Virus record (IMG/VR): IMGVR_UViG_3300028048_001497
Location: 1 to 64,000 of that record
Strand: one strand, 5' to 3'
Origin: a virus
Taxonomy: Duplodnaviria > Caudoviricetes
DNA length: 64,000 nt
The notes below the pieces were generated by a model. It did not search any database. It was given only the letters and a program-made list of their open reading frames with translations, and was not told where the DNA came from. Position numbers and translations under genes: made by a program. This document shows positions 57,555 to 64,000 of this stretch, piece after piece (position 1 is the first letter of the stretch; the number at the start of each line of letters is the position of its first letter).

Positions 57555-57869
57555 ATGGAACAACAAGAACAATCAAAAGTATCAAGATTTTTTCATAATG
57601 TAATGTCTGTTGATGAAACCAGAGTTTCTGTTTTAATGATAGGCTTTATGGTTTCATTAATTTTTGGTGGATATATGTACTTAACTACAGGTGCTTTAAG
57701 TCAAGTTTGGGCAGATATTGTTGAAACATTGATTTTTGCAGTAGCAGGTATTAATGCAGTTAATAGTTTAGTTGGTGGTAATAACAAATTAGGTCAGATG
57801 TTAAGAAGTTCTCAAAATTCTGTTCCGCCAGTTCCACCTGCAATTCCTCCAAGAGAAGAAAAGAAATAA
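57555..57869 (+). CDS. Small two-TM membrane protein, holin-like
   Basis: GAGGTG SD; two hydrophobic segments and a charged C-terminus. Confidence 0.5.
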   Translation: MEQQEQSKVSRFFHNVMSVDETRVSVLMIGFMVSLIFGGYMYLTTGALSQVWADIVETLIFAVAGINAVNSLVGGNNKLGQMLRSSQNSVPPVPPAIPPREEKK

Positions 57870-57880
57870 GATTAAATTTG

Positions 57881-57907
57881 AGGGAATTTTAAATAAATTC
57901 CCTTTTT
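57881..57907 (+). terminator. Intrinsic terminator
   Basis: AGGGAATTT/AAATTCCCT plus T-run. Confidence 0.75.
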
Positions 57908-57935
57908 ATTTTTTTTTGTAGAAGAAGGTTTTTTA

Positions 57936-58736
57936 ATGAATACGAAATGTCCTTATTTAGAAATTCAATGTGAAAATTTAAAGTGTGATTGTGTTAAATA
58001 TAAAGCATATGTAGATGCTAAAAATTCTGAAATCTTTCAAAAAGTTATGGAAGAAAATGGTTTTGATACATCACTTCCTGATTTTGATTTAATGATGTCT
58101 ATGCAAAAATCATTTGCTAGTCGCATGAGAAAAATGGAAGGATTAACAAAAAGAGAAATAGATAAATGGATAGACCAATATTTAGTTTGTATTGAGGACG
58201 AAATTAGAGAAGTCAGGGAACATTTAGATTTGTACGGTGGAGAACCAAAGTATAAATCAGATGTGGATAAAAACTTAGAGTTAAAAAAAGAAGTTATAGA
58301 TATACTTCATTTTATGATGGAACTGTTTATTGTTGGAGACGCAGATAAAGATATAATTAAGAAAAACTATTGTGACGAATATCATATTGGTTGGATTAAA
58401 AACGATAAAGATTTGATTGCAGAAGCATATGATAGACAAATTATTACACTACCTAAATATTTGAATACATATGAAGATTCTAGAAAGGATATTACAGTAT
58501 TAAAAGCAAGTTGTCGTTTATCTGATGCTTGTGCACTAGTAAGACAACAAATTTCATGGAAACATTGGAAAAAACCGAGCGATGTACTTGATTACGATAA
58601 GTTATATCATGCTTATGCAGTTGTTTTTCATGAATTTATAAATCTTTGTATTCTTACAATGGATGAAAAAGAAATTAAGGATATTTATGTAAATAAGAAC
58701 GTTGAAAATATTCTTCGTCAGAAGTATGGATATTGA
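57936..58736 (+). CDS. Dimeric (all-alpha) dUTPase-like NTP pyrophosphatase
   Basis: EDEIRE, KEVIDILHF, WKHWK, YVNKNVENILRQKYGY. Confidence 0.82.
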   Translation: MNTKCPYLEIQCENLKCDCVKYKAYVDAKNSEIFQKVMEENGFDTSLPDFDLMMSMQKSFASRMRKMEGLTKREIDKWIDQYLVCIEDEIREVREHLDLYGGEPKYKSDVDKNLELKKEVIDILHFMMELFIVGDADKDIIKKNYCDEYHIGWIKNDKDLIAEAYDRQIITLPKYLNTYEDSRKDITVLKASCRLSDACALVRQQISWKHWKKPSDVLDYDKLYHAYAVVFHEFINLCILTMDEKEIKDIYVNKNVENILRQKYGY

Positions 58737-58751
58737 TTTTTAAAAATGTTG

Positions 58752-58780
58752 TTGACAAAAAAATGAAAGTGTGATAGCAT
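58752..58780 (+). promoter_or_regulatory. Sigma-A-type promoter for the helicase
   Basis: TTGACA-17 nt-TAGCAT with an extended TG. Confidence 0.65.
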
Positions 58781-58829
58781 ATAAGTAAGATTTAGAGAGA
58801 GACAAACAAAACGAAAGAGGTAATATATA

Positions 58830-60563
58830 ATGTCAGGTGCATACAAGATGTTGCAAGGCGGATTAGTTTCTAATTACTTCCCATATAACTCAAAGAGAGC
58901 GGAACAGAAGGATATTTTATCTTCGTTGGATAAAATCTATTCATATGGAAATAAGTACCGTTATATCGTCATAGAAGCCGGTACAGGCATTGGTAAATCG
59001 GCTATTGCTAAATCTATTTCAGGCAAAGAAGGTAATTGCTATCTTTTGACTGCAACGAAACAATTGCAAGACCAGTATATTACTGATTTTGGCGATATGG
59101 GTGCAAAAGCAGTAAAAGGTGCAGTCAATTATGAGTGTTCTCGTGATGAAGGTATGCCATGCTCGAATGGTGAGTGCAAATTCACAAAGGGTATTTATAA
59201 TGAGTGTACATTGTCAGGTCAATGCCCATATTATAATGCAAAGAAAGAAGCAGAATCGTCAGAAATGTATGTGACTTCTTATGCTTATTTTCTTCGTGTG
59301 TCTCGTAAATTTTTGCCTGGTGGTGATTATCGAGCAAAATTCTCTAAACGTAATGCAATTATTGTAGATGAATGTCATATGTTAGAGGACCAGCTTCTTA
59401 ATTGTGCAGGTTTTACTCTTTCTGCAAAAAAGATGAATGAACGTTACATGATGAATCATGGGTTGGATTTCAAAGAGCTTTGTCTTTATAATCGTAGATT
59501 GAATGATGGTGAAGAAGAAAAGAATTTGGAATGGGTTCATTTGGTTGATAGTATTATCATGCGTAAAATTATGACGATTGATAAGCAGATTCAATGCGTA
59601 AAAACAGGCAATCGTAGTTTGATGACTGCGGATGAATTGAGTGAGCTTGAAGATGTGGATTTGATGAAATTATCAAATCGGAAAGAAGAACTTGTTCGTC
59701 TGCATGAAAAAATTCAAGGATATTTCCTTTCTGAAAATAAAGATAATTGGATTATGTCTGTGAAAGATAATGTTTTGTCTTTAAAACCAATTGATATAGA
59801 TGGTTTGTTTAAAAAATTGATTGATGGATGGTCTAATAGAAAAGTTGTATTTATGTCTGCAACAATTCTAGATAAGGTTGGTTTTTGTAAAGATATGGGG
59901 ATTAAACCAGATGAAACGTGTTTTATTACACGTGATGGCACGTTTGACCCTGAAAAATCTCCTATTGTGTATGACCCTATTGGTTCTATGAGTTATAAAA
60001 ACCTTCCTGCTACTATGCCATATATTATCGAAGAAATTAAAAAAATTATGGCTATGCATCCGAATGAGAAAGGTATTATTCATACTTCTACGTACAATAT
60101 TGCCAAACAGATTACAGAAGCTATTCATAGTGATAGATTTGTAGTGCGTACTGTTGGAGAATCGAATGAATCCTTGTTTAAATATCATGCAACGTCAGAA
60201 AAACCAACTATTTTAGTTAGTCCTTCGTTAATGGCAGGTGTTGATTTACATGATGATTTGAGCAGATTTCAGATTATTGTTAAATTGCCATATATTTCTC
60301 TTGCAGATGAACGTGTAAAACGTAAAATGCAGAAAGATAAGAAATGGTATATATGCAAAATGCTTAGAAATTTGGTTCAGGAGTGCGGTCGTAGCACTAG
60401 AAATGAAGCAGATTGGTCTGTTACGTATATTTTGGATAATGCATTTGAAACGGTTATGAGATATAATCAAAAAATGTTACCACAATCATTCAAAAAGCGC
60501 ATTGTTAATGTAAATGATTTTGATGTAGAAGAATATGAAAGCAGGATGAAGAATGCTAGATAA
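58830..60563 (+). CDS. DinG/XPD-family Fe-S DNA helicase
   Basis: EAGTGIGKS, LQDQY, KG..NYEC and Fe-S cysteines, VDECH, MSAT, GVDL, QECGRSTRNEAD. Confidence 0.9.
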   Translation: MSGAYKMLQGGLVSNYFPYNSKRAEQKDILSSLDKIYSYGNKYRYIVIEAGTGIGKSAIAKSISGKEGNCYLLTATKQLQDQYITDFGDMGAKAVKGAVNYECSRDEGMPCSNGECKFTKGIYNECTLSGQCPYYNAKKEAESSEMYVTSYAYFLRVSRKFLPGGDYRAKFSKRNAIIVDECHMLEDQLLNCAGFTLSAKKMNERYMMNHGLDFKELCLYNRRLNDGEEEKNLEWVHLVDSIIMRKIMTIDKQIQCVKTGNRSLMTADELSELEDVDLMKLSNRKEELVRLHEKIQGYFLSENKDNWIMSVKDNVLSLKPIDIDGLFKKLIDGWSNRKVVFMSATILDKVGFCKDMGIKPDETCFITRDGTFDPEKSPIVYDPIGSMSYKNLPATMPYIIEEIKKIMAMHPNEKGIIHTSTYNIAKQITEAIHSDRFVVRTVGESNESLFKYHATSEKPTILVSPSLMAGVDLHDDLSRFQIIVKLPYISLADERVKRKMQKDKKWYICKMLRNLVQECGRSTRNEADWSVTYILDNAFETVMRYNQKMLPQSFKKRIVNVNDFDVEEYESRMKNAR

Positions 60564-60813
60564 AATATTCTTTTGTTCAATTAATCAGATAGATGGTAAA
60601 ATGAATATATCAATAAAAGAATTTGATTATTTAAATGGTGTAAATCCGAATCATGAATTAAATGTTTCTTTAAAGGGAGATAACATTTCATGGGAGAAAA
60701 AACAAATTGAACATTATTTTGAATATGAATTAAATAAACCAAAAATTTTCTGTAATAATTATGATGAATTGAACAAATTATATCGTAATTATGAACGAGT
60801 GTATTTTGATTAA
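60553..60813 (+). CDS. Hypothetical protein (frame stays open to 60969 after the TAA)
   Basis: Overlaps the helicase stop; ORF track. Confidence 0.55.
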   Translation: MLDKIFFCSINQIDGKMNISIKEFDYLNGVNPNHELNVSLKGDNISWEKKQIEHYFEYELNKPKIFCNNYDELNKLYRNYERVYFD

Positions 60814-61311
60814 AAATGGATAAACACGGTTGCAATGGAAGGTACTATTGTTTTCCTAAGTAAAGACATGGAGGAAATTGAAAATACTCCTAGTGAGAAT
60901 CTGGAAGTTCTTTCTGTTAAGAATTCTTCAGAATTTCATGTATCTGAAATTATTGTCAATGCTTTTTAATTGTTTTTTGAAAGGAGTTTAATTAATTTAT
61001 GGAACAAACAATTAAAAAGAAATATAAAGATTTATTTCAGCATAAAGAATATCAAATCTATTTTCTAACAAAAGCCACCTTCTGGTGGTTTTTCGTTTTT
61101 GTTGAAGTTTTGTTTGATATAATGAAAGAAAAAATGGAGATTGTTTTGTGATTGCTCGTAAGGGACAAGGCTATGTAGACAAATACATCAAACCCAAGAA
61201 AAGGAAAACCAAAAAATTTGCTACGATTTTATTTTACGGTAATGTTTTAAACGCATTATCCTATTTTTTATTTAGAATAAATAGAAAAATATCATTTTAT
61301 ATATAAAAAGG

Positions 61312-62796
61312 TTGTGTAAATATATGAATATTGTTTTAAAACAACTTAATACAATGTTTCCGAAACGCCAAAAGAATATTGTATTATCCATGATTCAAAG
61401 AATTGGAAGATGGTCAGATAGTACAAAAACTTCAATGATACCAGAAGGGGAAGAAGTTACAGATTATATTGCTTTAAATACAATTGTTTCGCAAGGTGGG
61501 TATACTCCATTATCAGGAAATTTTGGTAGTACATATTTGGCAATACATCCATGTGATATTGAAAAAGTTGATATTGGAGATTTACCAACATTGTTTGATA
61601 AAGATTTGGCTTTTTTTATTGACCAAATTCCAAAATTAAAGCAGTTATCTAAAAAAATTCATGATGATATTCAAGACATTTTGAAAAAGCATAAAAGGTT
61701 TAAAGACTGGAAAGTTACTGATGAAAAATTAGTTCCACTTGATGTTAATAACGCAAAAAAAGGGATTGGTTTTCATATTGATTCTCCAAAAAATGATTTA
61801 GAGATACCTGATGATAGGCGTGTTGTTTTTTGTTATGGTAACGTAAAAGTATATACTTTTCAACTTTTAAAAAATGAAGGGACTGCCCAAGATAAACAAT
61901 TAAAGGCAACAAATGATACAATTAAGATTATTGATAATCAAAGTTTGAACCTTCGTATTGATAATAAAGATAAAGAAGAAATGGAAACAGAGGAATCTGA
62001 TGACGAAAATAGATTGCAGAAAAATCGTGGGTATAATGTAAGTCATGATAATGTGCCAAAAGTTGGAGACGGAAGGGTAACTGGAGTTCTTCAATATGTA
62101 TTCGGAAATGAAAAAAATCCATATTCAAATGGAAATGCTGATAAACAATTTGAAAAATTGGAAAAAGAATGTAAATATGTTGCTGATATACCTCAACATA
62201 TAGATGAATGTTTCCCTGATGTCGGTGTTGATGCATTTGTTAATACATTGAAAAGAAATAAAACAAATAACAAAGTTTCAAAAGCAACAAGAGATTTTCT
62301 TTTTAAAGAATTAAATGAAGATAAAGAGATTCAAAAAGATAGTGCTGAGTATAAGAAAATGAAAGAAAAAATTAATAAGGTACTAGATGGATTTAATAGA
62401 GATGCACAAGCATATATGTTCGCAATTAAAAATGGATATTCATCTGCAAATGAAATGCAAGAAAAAGCAGTTGAAAAAACAGAACAAATAGAAAATATTA
62501 TTAATCAAGTGCTGGATGGATTACAAAATCATACAATTAAATGGTATACTCCAGGTGTAGAATCTGCATTTAATTGTTTGGAACAATTTAAGAGAATTAA
62601 TAAAAATAATGGCGCAAATGATACAATAGATAAAGAATTAAAAGAAACAGTTAAAGGTACTGCAAAAGCAGCAGGAGTGTATATGACTTGTTATTTTGTA
62701 GGACTAATAGATAGTGTACCAAATTTCGTTTCTATATCAGCAGATGAATTACAAAAGAACTTTGAAAATGCTTTGGCAACGGCAAACAAAGAATAA
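61312..62796 (+). CDS. Hypothetical protein
   Basis: 494-codon ORF followed by a terminator; no motif recognised; exact start uncertain. Confidence 0.75.
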   Translation: MCKYMNIVLKQLNTMFPKRQKNIVLSMIQRIGRWSDSTKTSMIPEGEEVTDYIALNTIVSQGGYTPLSGNFGSTYLAIHPCDIEKVDIGDLPTLFDKDLAFFIDQIPKLKQLSKKIHDDIQDILKKHKRFKDWKVTDEKLVPLDVNNAKKGIGFHIDSPKNDLEIPDDRRVVFCYGNVKVYTFQLLKNEGTAQDKQLKATNDTIKIIDNQSLNLRIDNKDKEEMETEESDDENRLQKNRGYNVSHDNVPKVGDGRVTGVLQYVFGNEKNPYSNGNADKQFEKLEKECKYVADIPQHIDECFPDVGVDAFVNTLKRNKTNNKVSKATRDFLFKELNEDKEIQKDSAEYKKMKEKINKVLDGFNRDAQAYMFAIKNGYSSANEMQEKAVEKTEQIENIINQVLDGLQNHTIKWYTPGVESAFNCLEQFKRINKNNGANDTIDKELKETVKGTAKAAGVYMTCYFVGLIDSVPNFVSISADELQKNFENALATANKE

Positions 62797-62798
62797 TT

Positions 62799-62832
62799 AA
62801 AAAAGACTTTAGGAAAAACCTAAAGTCTTTTT
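62799..62832. terminator. Bidirectional terminator between convergent genes
   Basis: AAAAAGACTTTAGG/CCTAAAGTCTTTTT. Confidence 0.85.
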
Positions 62833-63548
62833 TAATTCAATAATTTATTTAAAGTATCTGAATTGACACGTGGATAATAAATTAAGTGCCATGAACCTGT
62901 TTTTACATCTTTTACAGATACTAATTCGTCTTTTTCATAATCAAATTCATAATTATCATCATCTTGAATTTGGTGTAGAATCTCATTTAAGCAATCGGTA
63001 TAGTCTGCTTCTAAATCTGAAATTCTTTGTTTCATATAATTGTGTTTTTCTTCTACGTTTAAGCAAGAACGAATGATATTGTTTAATGAATTTTTTTGTT
63101 TGGCATTAATCTGGCATTTATATTCTGGTTTCCCTAAATTTTTAATTAGAAAATTAACCATTTTATGATAGTTTTTACTATCTTGTTGTGCTAATTCATC
63201 TATATCCATAAAATCCATATTATACATTTCTTCAAATTCTTGGTCAAAATCGTATGTATCGTTTACATAATCCTCGTATCTTTGTTTCGCTCGTTTTAAA
63301 TCTTTTTCTTTATAGAAATAAATGGTGTCTTTTTCTATAATGAAAGAATGTTTTTTTGAAGAATACTTATTGAAAAATTCGTTTTTGCAATATAGAGTTA
63401 AACGGTTATATAGAATATCTAATTCGCCTTTAATTTCCTCGATTTTTTTACTAGCTTTAGAATGTTGTCGTACAAGTTCTGCAAAATCCCTTGCCATATC
63501 ATCATAAGAAGAGTCCAATTTTATATATTCAACGTCTTTTTCTTTCAT
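62832..63548 (-). CDS. Hypothetical coiled-coil protein with two similar halves
   Basis: GAAGGA SD on the minus strand; ORF track. Confidence 0.75.
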   Translation of the reverse strand: MKEKDVEYIKLDSSYDDMARDFAELVRQHSKASKKIEEIKGELDILYNRLTLYCKNEFFNKYSSKKHSFIIEKDTIYFYKEKDLKRAKQRYEDYVNDTYDFDQEFEEMYNMDFMDIDELAQQDSKNYHKMVNFLIKNLGKPEYKCQINAKQKNSLNNIIRSCLNVEEKHNYMKQRISDLEADYTDCLNEILHQIQDDDNYEFDYEKDELVSVKDVKTGSWHLIYYPRVNSDTLNKLLN

Positions 63549-63700
63549 AATTATTTATCCTTCCGAAAATTTTTAACAATTTATTATAGAAAATCGTTAT
63601 TATTTACATCAAGGTGTTTATTTTTTTAGTAGAGTTATAAAATATTTGTTCTAAAAACAAAATAATTTTAGTATAAAAAAATAGAAGGATGTGACTTCCA

Positions 63701-64000
63701 TTGAAACGAATGGAAAAAGTTAATAAACTTTTGGATGTAATGGAACAAAAATATCCTGAAATCTATAAACATTCTGAACGTGTAGCCATGTTATGTTATG
63801 AATTTGGCAAAAAGTTTGATATAGATGGAGTGGATAGGGAAACATTATATATTGCAGGTTTTCTGCATGAAGTAGGTAAATGTAATTTTGATAAAGAAAT
63901 TACAATAGGAAAAGAAAAATATGATTTGGATAACGTCTATCCATTGTTTTCAAAAGCGGTTATTTGTAATTTAGGTGATTATGATAGAATTGCAGATATT
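63701..64000 (+). CDS. HD-domain-like protein (partial; HD replaced by HE)
   Basis: Read manually: ...YKHSERVAMLCYEFGKKF...LYIAGFLHEVGK; runs off the window end. Confidence 0.7.
   Translation, partial: MKRMEKVNKLLDVMEQKYPEIYKHSERVAMLCYEFGKKFDIDGVDRETLYIAGFLHEVGKCNFDKEITIGKEKYDLDNVYPLFSKAVICNLGDYDRIADI

Noticed and set aside
61000-61310. Two ~50-codon ORFs after the helicase region
   Set aside because: One runs through a terminator-like hairpin and the other into AT-rich promoter-like DNA; likely remnants, not supportable as genes.
601-63507. Many short ORF-track entries nested in or antisense to long genes (e.g. 3855..4343, 10998..11528, 40076..40606, 51609..52130, 52526..53098)
   Set aside because: Shadow frames of well-supported genes, with no SD and no recognisable motifs.
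1-64000. tRNA/rRNA genes, and full genetic-code-15 recoding
   Set aside because: No cloverleaf or rRNA-like sequence was recognised. Genes are intact under code 11 apart from one TAG, so wholesale recoding is not supported in this window.

Overview
A 64-kb, very AT-rich segment of a large (probably jumbo) tailed-phage genome, almost all coded on the + strand. The host is probably a Firmicute, judged from consensus sigma-A promoters and AGGAG/GGTGA ribosome-binding sites. The window holds a dispersed head module whose capsid, portal and protease resemble Bxz1/cluster-C-type myoviruses: intein-containing terminase, portal, prohead protease, scaffold-like protein, decoration protein, major capsid and head-tail adaptor. 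Between these lie many unknown proteins sharing a KRL(A/V/I/S) terminal motif. Accessory cargo: (1) an 8.5-kb sugar-modification cassette inside the head operon (DXS-like enzyme, radical SAM, GT2, five tandem DegT paralogs), with a kinase-like gene, a nucleotide-sugar dehydrogenase and a GT-like gene nearby; (2) an IbrA/IbrB-like pair; (3) two TnpB elements and five free-standing endonucleases; (4) nucleotide-metabolism genes; (5) two radical SAM/SPASM enzymes coupled to a Cys-Gln-repeat protein, my best candidate for an undescribed system (phage-encoded RiPP-like protein crosslinking). Other oddities: a probable -1 frameshift, a single in-frame TAG at a Gln position while no other gene stops with TAG, apparent GATC avoidance, promoter-sRNA-terminator units, and a sharp strand-composition switch near 3.8 kb. 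All family assignments come from recognising motifs by eye; no database search was run.
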